Below, piece by piece: positions 27,809 through 41,099 of a DNA stretch of 64,000 bases (its first letter is position 1; each line of letters opens with the position of its first letter). The notes under the pieces were generated by a model that had not been told where the DNA came from, did not search any database, and saw only the letters and a list, made by a program, of their open reading frames with translations. The stretch is from Hypanus sabinus. Its lineage: Eukaryota. The translations under genes and the position numbers were made by a program. Location of the stretch: contig NW_026781435.1 in the NCBI RefSeq assembly GCF_030144855.1, forward strand, positions 1 to 64,000, written 5' to 3'.

Positions 27809-28430
27809 AGCTTTTCCCATACCGCCGCAAAAAAAATCCCATTTCGCCAGTCGCGTGTGCAATACCATTGGGGCTGTGGACGGCCCGATTAGCTCCCGCC
27901 CTCCGCCACTCCATGCTGGGCCACGATCGGAGCCATGCTCCCAATCTGCCTCCACTGCGCTCCTTCCAGTTTAAGTTCTTCACGAGTTCCCTGTAATGTC
28001 TACTTCATTTCCACCAAGTGTGTGTTTCTACCGTTACATGCATGCGAAGCTTTGACATCACCGTAGCAATACAACGTTTATGCCTTGCCAGCATTCCGTG
28101 CAGTCCGAAAGCCTATTCATGTACGCCCGATGTACTCCGTCTCTTTTCTCTCGCGAAAGCTTTTGGTTGCAAGAGCTCCAGCCATTGAAAGTTTCGGGAA
28201 ATCTGGTTACCATGGATAGTCTGCAAATGTCCTCTTCATCCGGGGTGCTTTGAAATATGTCTGTCACTTCGAGACTAATTCAGTAACTCGCGCTCATAAA
28301 ATCCACTCATCCAATCGTCGTTCCTCGGTCGCAAGCAGCAACTGCAATCGCAGTGCCTTCTGGGAATTAAATTAAATACTTGGACACTTTGTGCGGTTAA
28401 GGCCCAGTCTGTCGAATTGCATTTAGTACA
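27809..28430 (+). other. 3' flank copy FA (truncated)
   Basis: Aligns with about 50119-50720. ATTAAA at 28371-28376 sits at the position of AATAAA in the other copies. Confidence 0.8.
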
Positions 28431-28499
28431 TTGGGTGTTTCGGGCAGATGGTGCTCGTCATCCTGGGAAGGCAGTCCATCTAAGAGAAGGAATACTCTG

Positions 28500-29446
28500 A
28501 GGGAAGGTAATTGCTGAGCTAATAGCTCCGGCTGACTACTTATTTACTGAGATTCCGCACGAAATGTGAGATGTTGTCAGAAGTATGGCTGCCGAAGAAA
28601 CATTTTCAGTTGGTCTGGATACATCGGAGCTTTCTCCTGCTGAACCTTCAGGAATAGCATCTGGCACTGGAATATTCCTCCTGAGATACTGATTGGTACG
28701 TAACCCTCCGAAACGCCGATGCGCAACGCCACTGGGTCCCTGGTAGTCTCGCATTTTTCTTTGTCCGTTTGATTATCGACTGTTGTCCACATTTCCTGCC
28801 GCTACCTTTACAGCGTGACCGCCCGTGTTTCCTCGGCGTACACTTGTTTCCTGCCACACCACAAACACTATATCTTAATTGGTTAATTGTCCGTTCTCTA
28901 TTGAAAACACCCCTGTGGCAAATCATTTTGGGAGTTATTTCGCAGATCGTGGAACTGGGTAAGTGGCAATCACGCTGTGTGTGATTGGGGTAACCTTGTT
29001 GAAGCTACCGGTGTGTCTATCCTTGCCTGGGTGGTGGTTCGGTTAACGATGCCCCTCGCCCTTGTGTTAAGCTTCTGTTTAGTGATGTTTCGTGTGAGGA
29101 TTCCAAGGACAACGGGAAGACCGACAACATCTATTTGTTTGGATTACAAATAACTGTCTCACTTCAAATTCTGTACATTTGAACTGAACAGAAATTTCTT
29201 ACATTCCATCTTTAGACGGTAACGCTTGCCATCCGAGCTTGAATAACTTTGGGAACTTTATGTTTTTACACACACAGAGATGCATAATACTGACAACACT
29301 TGCTTTACCTGGTTTACGTAGTTAGTAATAAAATAATGATTGTTAACAGCAAAACCAGAAACCAGGCGTGTTCTATTGCTGCTGAAACTTTTACAGCGTT
29401 TCGTGCACATAAGAGGTACCTTCCCCAGGGTTGCGTGTACGTAACG
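28500..29446 (-). mobile_element. LTR (solo or partial), related to 33121-34311
   Basis: About 28900-29446 is the reverse complement of about 33121-33700. Terminus CGTTACG at 29446; the left boundary is approximate. Confidence 0.75.
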
Positions 29447-30195
29447 AGACAAAGCTGAACATTCTGTTATGACCTCATTCTTTTAATAAACCAAACTTCG
29501 TTCTCTTCATTTTCTCTATATTCCTAAAAATATTTCCTTTTCTCGTATTTTTCTATGGCTCGAGACCGAACTGTCGCATTTCTAACACAGATTAATAATT
29601 TCTCCGGCCAGATTACTAACTGGACTTTTACCAAGATCACTCAACATCCAGATCTCCATCGCGTTTGTGTCGTCTGCAAGAGTGTGTATGAGCCCCGCCC
29701 ATTTTCATCCAGGTTAAACGCCAGAACATTTCCAACAATTCTCACATGCAGAATTGGTGCCCTCCACAACTGTTCACTGTACTCTTTATTGAAGCTATGC
29801 CATCCAATGCAAATCGGTCTTATGTCTCACCCTACCGGAGCAGGACCTTCTCAACAGTCTTACTTACAGTCTAATCCCAACGGTCGTGCCCTGGCTGGCG
29901 CAATGTTTCACGGTCCGGGAGATCCTGCTAATGGGACAATTTACAATGACCAATTAAACTATCAACATATAGGTGTTTGATCTGTGGGAGGAATCAGGAG
30001 TACGCCGAGGTAATCACGGTTTATAGGCACAGGCGGGAAATTAGTGGAACGGCGGATAATCAACCGGAGAAGGAGAAAGCCCAAGCTACGAGGGAATCAG
30101 TAAATAAATAGAAATCATGTGCCCTTTCCCCTGCAATCACCTGCCACACATACCGAATATACTATTCGACAGATAGGATCACCACTAAAGGTTAA
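29447..30195 (-). other. 3' flank copy FC (inverted), belonging to the exon at 31544-32393
   Basis: Reverse complement aligns with about 50685-51420 and continues at about 31445-31590 beyond the LINE insertion. Confidence 0.85.
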
Positions 30196-31445
30196 GTCAA
30201 GTCAAGCCAAGTCAAGTCAGTTTTTATTGTCATTTCGACCATAACTCCTGGTACAGTCCACAGTAAAAACCAAACGTTTTTCATACCATTGGTCTACATG
30301 AAACAATGAACTCCAATGAACTATGTTAAACAGCACAAAAAAAAACTATTCTAGACTACAAACCCTCCCAGGACTTCATAAAGTGAACAAAAAATGCAAG
30401 TAGTACAGTAAATAAAATACAGGACAATAGGCACAGTAGAGAGCAGGAAGTGGTGTCAGTCCAGACTCTGGGTATTGAAGAGTCTGATGGCTTTGGAGTA
30501 GAAACTGTTACGCACTCTGGTCGTGACAGCCCGAATGCTTCGGTGCCTTTTGCCAGATGACAGGAGGGAGAAGAGTTTGTATGGGAGGTGCGTGGGGAAT
30601 AATGTTGTTTCCTTTGCGGGTGCAGCGCGTGTTGCAATTGTCTGTAATGGTGGGAAAAGAGACCCCGATGATATTCTGAGCTGACCTCATTGTCTGCTGC
30701 AGTGTCTTACGATCCGAGATGGTGCAATTTCCGAAACCGGCAGTGATGCAGCTGCTCAGGATGTTCTCAGTACAACCCCTGTGGAATGTGATGCGGATGG
30801 GGGTGGAAGATGGACTTGCCTCAGCCTTCGCAGAAAGTAGAGACGCTGTTGTGCGTTTTTTAGTTTTTTTTTTCTATGTTGAGGGACCAGGTAAGATTCT
30901 CCGCCAATTGAACACCAATAAATTTGGTGCTTTTAACGATCTCTGCCGAGGAGCCGTCGATGTTCAACAGAGAGTGGTCTGTCCATGCTCTCCTGAAGTT
31001 AACAGCCTTCTCATTTGTATTGTTCAGGATGTTCGGTCTGCATTCGCCCGTTTTCCGCTGCACCTCCTTCTCTATACACTGAATCGTCGTTGTTGCTGAT
31101 GAGACCCACCACCGTCGGGTCGTCGACGAACTTGAAGATGTGGTTCGATCTGTGTGTTGCAGCACCGCCGTGGGTCAGCAGAGTGAACAGCAGTGGGCTG
31201 AGAACACAGCCTTGTGGGGCCTTCTTGCTCAGTGTAATAGTATTGGAGATGCTGCGTCCGATTCCGACTCCCAGACACGAAGTCTATAAGTCTATAATAC
31301 AGTTGCAGAAGGAGGTGTTCAGGCTCAGTAGGTTCCGATTTAAAATCATTTTCTGAAGGAGGATTGTGTTGAATGCTGACCTGAAGTCTCTGAGCAGCAT
31401 TTGAAAGTATGTGTCTTTTCTGTCCAGTTAGGGCCAGGTGGAGGG
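30196..31445 (-). mobile_element. 5'-truncated Rex1/Babar-type LINE
   Basis: KFVDDPTVVGLISNNDDSVYREEVQ (FADDTTVVGLIS-type RT motif) near 31070-31140. (GACTT)n-like 3' tail at about 30196-30220. Confidence 0.8.
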
Positions 31446-31543
31446 AGTGCTGGAATTTCTTTAATTTCCAAGATGCTTTGCTATGGGGATTGATACTAGG
31501 GTCGAACGATTGAATGAGCCATTTACGAGTGCGAGTTATTAAC

Positions 31544-32393
31544 TTAATCTCCAGGGGTCCGACAGATCTCCAAAGAAATCCGCTGCAAGGGAGATTTCTC
31601 CGTCTTTTTGAACTGTAGCCTGAACTTGGTCTGGGCCACGGCATGAAGGGCCGTGTTTGTGCGGCATCTCAGCAGCTGAGAAATGTAGCCCAGTTCCAGC
31701 AGAGTATTCGGGGGGTTCTGCTTTAAAACAAATATACAGGAGATCCCAGACGGAATACACCGTCAGCAGCGCCCACAGCAGGAAGAGATTCCCCGACATC
31801 ACCAGCAGTAACAGCAGGGATTGTCTGTTGTTCTTCATCTCCGGGTCGGCTGGCCACTAAGACATGCATAATGGTTAAACAGTAGAACAGGAGAATCAGA
31901 ACAAAGGGGAATGTTGGGGTGAGGAAAAAATGAATCGCTTGCAATGTTACCAACTGAAGTGCGGAAAACAAACGGCCACTATCCAGGCAGTGCAAGGACA
32001 TAATTAAAGTCGAATATTTCCCAACGAGCATAAAGTACCAGAAAATGTTCTTTAAGCAGCTCAGCCCAGACGCTGTCCCCAGAACCAGAGCCGCCGCTCT
32101 CCCGGAGCAGTAATTTAGTTTCAGCTGCGGAAAACAAACGGTCACTCATCGATCAAAGGTGAAAGCGACGGTGAACCAGACAGAACAGTCTGTGGCAGCG
32201 TAGATTATGACGGCGTGAATATTACACACGGGAACACAAAAACTCCAGTAGTACATAATCGGAATCTTTCTCAAAACCAGTTCGAAGGGAAAGACTAGCA
32301 GTTCCGCTGCTACCATGGTAACCAGGTACCTTGTGACGCCTTTGGAGAGATCGCACTGCCGCCGCGACAGGATGAAGATTGTCACCACGTTCA
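31544..32393 (-). pseudogene. GPR139-like: GPR139-like exon 2 pseudogene (inverted partner of exon 1 at 17520-17664)
   Basis: Intact acceptor CACACAG|TGAACGTG at 32395-32393. VNVVTIFILSRRQCDLSKGVTRYL...FTFDR is followed by TGA (32146-32148). Further lesions: 47-bp deletion at 31846-31850, +1 C at 31710-31715 and loss of the native C-terminus. Confidence 0.92.
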
Positions 32394-32813
32394 CTGTGTG
32401 GAGGGGAATCAAGATTATTAACACAGATTCTGAATGAAATATTCTCTAAAAACAACTATTTTAATCGATATCATTTCCAGGCGCAGAAATGGACATGGAA
32501 TCGATGTATCTAATAAGGAGATAATCGGATCCATTATTAAATAGTAGTGACTATAATGTACCTGAAAGGTTCAGGTGAATGAAGGGAATCGCACTGAAAC
32601 CCATTGAATATTGAAACGCCGACATTTCGTGGACGTGGACAGCATAGCTACTGTAGTGGTTTAGTCTGAAACTAGAACATGAGGATTTACAAGACATCAC
32701 TTTGGACAGAGGTGGATAGAAATCTGTTTCGTCCGAGGCTAGTGAATATGAGAATTCCTCGCCACAGACGGCTATGGGAGTCAGTTCGTTCGATCCATTT
32801 GCAGCAGAGAGTG

Positions 32814-35010
32814 GCAGCCATTCTACTTGATACAATTGTTGGAAATGTTCTGGCGTTTGACTTGGATGAAAGTCGGCGTGACTGAAAAATACTCTTGCAG
32901 ACGACACAAAAGTGGTGGAATTGTCGATGTTGAGGGAGCTTGGTAACAGTCCAGTTAGAAATGTGGCAGGAGAAATGACAACTGGTATAGTAATACGACG
33001 GTTCGGTCTCGAACGGAAGAGAAATTCGAGAATAGGAACTGTTTTTAAAGAATATAGAGAAAATGGAGTGAGCAAATGATGGTTTCTGCTGAAGTATTAG
33101 AAGACTGTTCAGCTTGGTCGTGTTACGCACCGGCAACAGTGGAAAAATACCTCTAACGTGCACGCAACCCTGGGGAACGTACCTCCTACGAGAACACAAC
33201 ACTGTAAAAGTTTCAGCAACAATAGAACACAACCGGAGTCTGGTTTTGTTGTTAACAATCACTATTTTATTCGTAACTACGTAATATAGTAACTTAAACC
33301 GAGGAAGCCAAGGGTTATGCATATATAGGTGTGTAAAATATACAGTTACCAAACCCATTCAAGCTCAGCTGGCAGGAATTGCATTCTTACGATGGTATGT
33401 AAGAATTTTTTGTTTAGCTCAAATTTGAAGTGAAAGAGCGATGTTTTTCATCCAAACAAGGAGGTGCCGTCGATCTTCCCGTTGTCCTCTGAATATTTAC
33501 ACGAAACATCACTAACAGCAGCTTATCACAAGGGGGAGCATCGTCAAGTGAACCACCACACAGGCAATAGTCGACACACCGGTAAATTCCACAAGGTTAC
33601 CCCAATCACACACAACGTGATTACCACTTATCCAGTTCCACGACCTACGAAAAAACTCCAGCAGTGCTTTGCCACAGGGATGCCATTCCTCAGTGAACTA
33701 CTAGACCCAGACAAGGGGTAAACACACACGTGGTATTCACAAAGCTTTTCCCCTCACTGGTGAACCCACTCAAGCTGATTACCTCTTTGGCAACAACACT
33801 TTCGTATCCGAATGAAAATAAACTCACCCTCACAGGCTACTGGAACACAGAGTCCAAACAGAGATCTCTTTGTAACGAGGTTTCTTCTGTTTCAAACTTT
33901 CCCCTCCCCTCCTCTCCGTAAACTTAAACTAGTTGCAACAACTTGTGAGAGTCATTCAGCAATACACTGGATCGAGCTCAAATCACCCATTTCGGCGACT
34001 GAAATTTTAAAGCAGCGGCCGACTGCTTCCATTGTCTTCCATTGACCGAATCCATCTTGACTCTGACTGTGTGTCTTTGTGTCCTTGTGTATTCTAAAAC
34101 AAGCCGCAGAATAAAAAAAAGTAAGAGAACATTCATTGTTCATCTAATATCGTTTCTCTCACATCACAGCAACAGAGGAATTTTCATAGTCAGCAGTAAT
34201 CCACGCCGGGAGAAAGAGACTGACTTCAGATACTCATCTGAAGTCAGTCTCTTTCTCCCGGCGTTTTAAAGTGACAGTCCAAAGAAATATGAACCCAGGG
34301 GGTATATAATAGTCGAAACATCTGGTCGTGGACAGGTAATTCAGTGACTGGGCTGTCTGATTCACTCACCGGCAAGAATAAAAATTTCATACCGCGGTAA
34401 TGGACGGCAGGGAAGAAATCGTAGATGTTTTTTTTCCACGATTTTGATTCACCGTCACCTATTGTGAAGTTCTAACGTAGGTTTGTCTGCCGCCAGCAGA
34501 TGGCAGACTGTGACGCAGTGATTTTATGTTGGAAGCCAGGGATCGCATTTTAATCACAACTCATAAGGTAGAGTCCATAGTTAATGTCCGACAGTGAGTC
34601 CTTCTGGGGTTTGTGATATATAGAACTGAATCGGATGTCTGAAAAGAGGATGATTAATAATCTTGCAGATGACACAAAAAAAAAACATTTATTTACAAAT
34701 ATACACAAAGTGCGGGACAGTTTTCACGCGGTAGCTTCCAATTCACTCTACAGAGCAAGACGTTTACGCAGAGAGTAATGGGTACATGGGATGCACTTCA
34801 TGTTGTGGTGTTCGACGCATAAGGATAAGTGGCCTTTACGAGAAGCCGAGACAGACACGTATCTCTGAGGAAAATGGAAAGATATGCTCATTTGAACAGA
34901 AAATATTAGCTAACGATTATAGAAGCATTGAAAATCTACTGCACATTACAGGAACTTCGGACCACAATTGCTGTGCCGAGCATTTACTTACTTTATTAAT
35001 TACTTAGTCT
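32814..35010 (+). other. Orphan 3' flank copy FD (no coding exon attached), interrupted by a solo LTR
   Basis: Aligns with about 51115-51790 and 7030-7880, then continues into the shared antisense CR1. Confidence 0.8.
33121..34311 (+). mobile_element. Solo LTR with 4-bp target-site duplication
   Basis: Starts TGTTACG and ends ...TATAATA. GTCG at 33117-33120 is repeated at 34312-34315, and the flank resumes in register (GTCGAAACATCTG vs GTAGGAACATCTG at about 7333). Confidence 0.88.
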
Positions 35011-37500
35011 TACCGATAGGCCTCTATTTTGAAGCTGCATCTGCCTATCCAGCAGTCTCTTAAAAGACCCTATCGTATCCGCCTTCACCGCCGTCACCGG
35101 CAGCCCATTCCACTCACTCACCGATCTCTGTGTAGACAACGTAACCTGACGTCTCCTCTGTACCTCCTTCCAGCAGCTTAAAGCAGGCGCTCCCATTATA
35201 GCCATTTCAACCCGGGATAAAGCCACTGACTCTCCATATTATCAATGCCTCTCATCATCTTATACAGCTCTACAATGTCAACTCTCACCCTGCTTCGCTC
35301 GAGTAGAAAAGCCCTATTCTCCTTCTAAATGTTTAGTCACATCCTGAAAAAAAAACAATCAGACTCGTCGGGCACGACCTGCCCTTAACAAAGACATGCT
35401 GACTATTCCTAATCATGTTATAACTCTCCAAATGATCCTAAATGCTTCTTCTCAGGATCCACTAAATCAACTGACCAACCAGAGAGCTAAGACTCAGTGA
35501 CCTTTAATTTCCTGGGCTAACTCTACTCCCTTTCTTGAATAAAGGAACAACATTCGTAACCCTCTATTCCAGCGGAACCTCTCCCGTCCCCATTGATGAT
35601 GCAAAGATCATCGCCAGAGGCTCGGAATCTCCTTCCCCGCTTGCCACAGTAGCCTGGGGTACACCTCATCCGCTCCTCGTGACTTATAGAACTTTATGCT
35701 TCAAAAAGCTCCAGAACATCCTCTTTCTTAATGTCTGCATGCGCAACATTTTCGGATTGCTGCAAGTTATCACCACAACCGCCAAAATCCTTTCCGATAG
35801 TGAATACTGAATATAATAATTCTTTAGGTACCTCTGCTTTTTCCCAGTCCCATACACACTGTTCCATTGTCACACGTGATAGCCCCTATTCTTTTTCGCT
35901 AATCCATTTGCTCTTCACATGCTCATGGAATACATTGGGGTTTCCCTTCATCCTGCCCGGCAGGGGCTTCACATGCCCCGTTTTTGTCCTCCTAATTTCC
36001 ATCTTAAGCTCCATCCTCTTTGCCTTCTAGTCTTCTAGATTTCCCAAATCACCTAGATCTCTGAACCATTTGTAAGTTTTTTCTTTCCTACTTGACTAGA
36101 TTTATTACAGCCTATGTACACCACGGATCCTGTACACTATCACGACTTTTCTGACTCATTGCAACGTACCTATACCGAACTTCACACAGATATACGCTAA
36201 ACATTTGTTACATTTATTCCGTACATTTCCGTGAGAAAATCCGTCCCCAATTTAAGCCTTACAATTTCCGTCAAGATAGCCTCAGAATTAATATTACTCC
36301 AAATAAACGTTTTTCAAGTTGTCTGTTCCTAGCACGCTCCAATGCTATCGTTGTGGAGACAGAGATTGCTCGCTATCTACAAAATGCTCTCCCACCGGGA
36401 GATCTGACACCAGACCAGATTCATTTCACAATTCCAAATCAAGTACAGTGTCTTGTAGGCTCATCTACGTATTTTGCCAAGAACACACAAAACTGAACTC
36501 TTGTTCTAGGGAGAAAACAATCAATATTTGAAAAATTACGACACTTTAGGACAACTCTGCTATGATTTCATCTATCCAGTATTTCTTCCCCTATTTGCGC
36601 CTCGATATCCCTGTGACCATTGGGCGGCGCATAAAAACACCCAGTGAAATTATTGACCATTAATGTAACGAAGCTCCACCCACAGAGACTCCGTAGACAA
36701 TTGCAGCATGACGTCCAGCATTTCGGCAGCCGTGATAATCGCTTTGATCAACAGTGCCACGCCACCTCCTGTTTTGTTCCTTCCGTGTCCCTGAGCCATT
36801 CATGTCCCTGTAATGGCCACCACATGATAGCTCCACGAACTGATCCACGCTCTATGCTCATCCGCTTTGTTCACTGTACTCCTTCTGTTACAATAGACAG
36901 ATCTCAAACCGTCAGTCTGAGCGCGTCCCTTCCCTATCACCAGCCTATCCTCCCTCTCGCACTGTCTATAAGCTTTCACTATTTGTGAGGCAAACTCATC
37001 TTCTCCAGTCTCTTCAGTTCGGTTCGGACGGCCCACAGTTCTAGATGAAACTCTCCCCAGTAGCCTGAGCAAACCGCCCCACCAGGATATTGGTCCCCTT
37101 GTGATTCAATCTTGACTCGCCCCTTTGTACAGTCAACAACTGCCCCAAAAGAGGTTCCAATGACCAAGAAATGTGAATCCCCGTCCCTTGCACCAGTCCC
37201 TTAGCCACACATTTAACCTGCGCCTCTTTCTATTCCTACACTCACTATCGCGCAGCTCAGGCAATAATTCCGAGATTATTACCTTCGCAGCCCTGCTTCT
37301 CAACTTCCTGTCTGTCCCCCACCCCACCAGTACTCAAGCAGGAGTACTTATTGACAACAGGTACCATAATAGGAGCATTCTCTAGTACCTTAGTCTTCCC
37401 TTTCCCTCTCCTGACTATGACCCACTTGTCTGTCTTCTGTAGCCCCAGTGTGACGGACACTTTCTATCGGCTCCTCGCTCTACATGATCTTACGAAAGTT
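35010..37500 (-). mobile_element. Decayed CR1, paralogous to 7880-10370
   Basis: Same start site in the flank. RT, endonuclease (LRSVYCNRRSTVNKADEH) and ORF1 remnants. Confidence 0.8.
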
Positions 37501-37649
37501 ATCGAGCTGCAGCTCCACACAGCGGTCCAGATATGTCCTCCAGCATCTGACACCGAGCTCAGAAATCCAGTCTCACACACATACTTCCTTACCGTAATTA
37601 ACACAGGCAAAGCTACGTCACCGTTGCGGACTGTGAGATTGTAGGATGT

Positions 37650-39480
37650 TGCGGCCATCACTGAATCGTGGCTGTAGTATGGTCGCATTTCTGATATGAA
37701 TATCCCAAGCTACACGTTGTATCGGAGGAATTGGAAGGTCTAAAGCGGAGCACCAGCAGATGGCAGATAAAAGTCATGAGTATTTTCCATCAGTCGTCAC
37801 TATGGAAGATACTAGCCGTTTGTCTGTTGGTGTAGTGTGTGAAGGAACATAAATGGGTGCAGTTATTCTTACAAGAGAGAAGGTGCTCAAAAAGCTGAAA
37901 GACGAAAGAGTACATAAGTCACCCGGGCCAAACGAACTCCACATTAGGGTTCTTAAAGAGTGAGCGGTAGAGATTGTGGAAGCATTGACAATGATCTTAC
38001 TAGAACCATTGGGTTCTCGCATGGTGCCAGACGTCAGAATAATTGCAAATGCCACTTCACTCTTTAGGAAACGAGGAAGACAGCAGAGAGGGTGTAAAAC
38101 ACGGGATAGCGTGACCTTCGTGGTTGGAAGATTTTGGATTCAGTTGTTAAGGATAAGTTGACAGAGAACGAGGGAGGAGAAAGCACGTTCCTCTGCTGTC
38201 TCTGTCAGTGTCCTTCGCAGCTATCATCATGCCCAAGGGACTCACCTATCTCAGAAAATTGTTTAAATCTTGCCTGACCAACCTGCTAGATTTCCTTGAG
38301 GAAACTACGAGCAAGATAGATAAAGCAGGCATAGTTGATGTTGTCAATTTGGAATTTGAAAAAAGGAAATCATTTTACAAGGTGCCACACATGAGGCTGC
38401 TTACCAAATTAAGAGTCGATGGTCTTACAAGAAACAACGGGACGAGCAAGCGAGCAGAAAAAAAAATGATCAGTTTCTGGTTGGCTACCGGTGACGGCTG
38501 GTGTTCCGAACGTGTCGGTGCATGGACCACCATTGTTTTTAATCTCGATATCAACGATAGCGTAGATTATATGGAGTAGATTAATTCGTTGCCAAGTTTG
38601 CAGATGGTCCAAGCAGGTAATGCTGAGGAAAGACGAAGCTGGCAGAGAACCTCGGTCAGATTAGGAGAATAAGCAAGAAAGTGACAAGAGAAAAATACAG
38701 TGTTGGTAAGTGCATGACGATGCACTTTGCTAGTGGAAATATATTTGCAGATTTTTTTTCTAATCGTGTTTAAAATCCACAAAATTACGGTGCAATGGGA
38801 ATTTGGAGACCTTGTTGCCAGCACCTGAAGGGTTAAAATGCAAGTGAACTTGGAGGTAAGGCAGGAAACTTTAATATCAACATTCATTTCAAGAGGTCTA
38901 GTATATAGGAACAGTGATGCGATGCTGAAGCTTCACGAGACAGTGCTGACGCCTCAGCGCGAGGATTGTGAACAGATTTCGGATCCTCGTCTAACAAAAG
39001 ATTTTCTGGCATTGGAGAGGGCCCCGAGAAATCACAAGCACGATCCCAGCGATGGAAGGGTTAGCATATTTGTGCTGTTTGTGTGCTCTGGGCCTGTACT
39101 TGCCGGAACTTCAGAAGGATGAGGTGGGATCACCTTTCAAAGTTTCGCATTTTGAAAAGCCGAGGCAGAGTGGATGTGGAAAGGATGCTTCCCAGGGTTG
39201 GGGTGTCTCGGTCAAGAGGGCAGAGGCTCAGAATACAGAGGCGTCCATTAAAAACAGCGAGGCAGTGAATTTTCTTTCGCCAGAGGGTGGGGAATTTGGG
39301 GAATTTGTTTGCATTTACAGCGGATAACATGCCCTTCGGTTTAGTTAAGGCAGAGATTTATTGGTTGTTGATTGGACACAGTATTAAGCGTTACGGGGAG
39401 AAGGCCGGAGACTGGCGGCGTGGAGTGAGGTCAATGATCAGCCGTGATTGAGCAGACACGATGGGCCTAATTCTGTTCCT
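37650..39480 (+). mobile_element. Old CR1/L2-type LINE ORF2 fragments
   Basis: KSPGPNELH, KSCLTNLLDFLEETTSKIDK and HMRLLTKL remnants. Confidence 0.75.
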
Positions 39481-39789
39481 ATTTACTATGGACTTAGGTT
39501 CCTGTAGTCTGAAATCCGTGAGAGTTACGGACATTTTTAAATCAGTCTTTGCTTACGCTCAGTACCACGTTGAATGGTTGCAAATGCCGGTGATGTGAGG
39601 GAACTGATCGAAACTATGTGGAAAGAAAACGTGGTTTGCAGCTGTCAAGTCCGAATTAATGCGCTCGGCCCGTGATGTCGAGCGCTTATTTATGTCAAAA
39701 AATGCTGCCTGACCTGATGAGTTTTGTGTGTGACTCTGTTCTAAGTTCAGAATTCAAAGTATTATCAAAGTAATGACAATGCTCATAGA

Positions 39790-40412
39790 TTTACTGACAT
39801 GTTTTAGGTATTTCATTCAGCAGAGCGGTCAGAGCAGTCTGTTGTGCTGTCAACCTGTCTAAGTTACTGTTGAAGATAACGAATGCGCGCTGTCGGATTG
39901 GTATGGTGGATTTCGGGGGAGCTTTTTGGCCGGTGACACCAAGTTTGGTCTTGTTTTTCTTTTATTTTTGGCGCGGCAGGAGAAGAGGGATGAAGACGCC
40001 GGAAGAACAGATCGTTGGATTAAATCGTGTGTGAGAGCCGTTTGTTCGAGATGGATTTCGAGCGACGTTCGTAAGGTCTTGTGTGCTTTTACTGTGACCG
40101 AGTGACCAGCAGCGAGTGCTAAGGAAGTTCAAGATTAGCTCCATCTTGTGCATATATTTAACTGTTAATTAGAATGGACTTTGCTATTTTGTTCCTCTTT
40201 ACTAAGCGCTTAGTTAAGATTCATAAATATAATCCCTCTAATCGGATGTTGTCTGTGATTACATGGCACTCATTTGAAACAGGGTGGCAAATTTCACAGC
40301 AGCAATACCGATGGGGTTTTCTTTGGAATCGAGCCATCTCAATCTGAGTTGTTTGTGGGGAACGGAGAATACTTTATCCGGACTTAAACAGCGATGGAAA
40401 ACCGGTGGTTGG
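39790..40412 (+). mobile_element. Probable solo LTR
   Basis: Non-coding and resembles gypsy LTRs I associate with ray genomes. Termini and TSD were not resolved. Confidence 0.4.
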
Positions 40413-40932
40413 GGACGGGGGGGTGATCGTCAGTGTATATACGTTTCTATATACCACGAGATTAGTTTCCTTGCTAGGATACTCAATAAATCTGAATAGA
40501 ATAATAACCATGACAGAATCGATGACAGACGGCAACCACAGAGGCGTTCAGCCGGAAAGAGTAAGAAGACCAATCTCTTCTGAGCTCTCTCTTTAACAAG
40601 ACGCTTTCGGATTGAAATGGCGCTCTCTGGAAGTTTTTCCTGGCTTCATGACAGATATATTATTCCTTCTTAACCACATTCTCTTGCCCTCTACCCGTAA
40701 CTATTGAAACATTCTGTAATCAATGGATGGTCAACCTCTTTGCTATAACATAAGGACCATCCAACCTCTGCTTTCAACATAACGACATGTAGACTGATTT
40801 CAATCGATTTCAGCGGTTATATTCCAACGGTATAACCCAGCATTTACATTTAGATTTATTTTGTGTGAACAATATCTTTAGAAAACTTTATTTCCTGGCT
40901 GAGTGGCCTGCAAAATAGAGAAGGCGGGGGGG

Positions 40933-41099
40933 NNNNNNNNNNNNNNNNNNNNNNNNNNNNNNNNNNNNNNNNNNNNNNNNNNNNNNNNNNNNNNNNNNNN
41001 NNNNNNNNNNNNNNNNNNNNNNNNNNNNNNNNNNNNNNNNNNNNNNNNNNNNNNNNNNNNNNNNNNNNNNNNNNNNNNNNNNNNNNNNNNNNNNNNNNN
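40933..41099. other. Assembly gap (N run); other gaps at 55383-55512, 61649-61782 and 62506-62674
   Basis: N runs in the sequence. Confidence 0.99.

Noticed and set aside
32400-40900. A minus-strand exon 1 for the 31544-32393 exon
   Set aside because: No YYPVLAIV-like sequence or matching donor was found. Its exon 1 is the plus-strand one at 17520.
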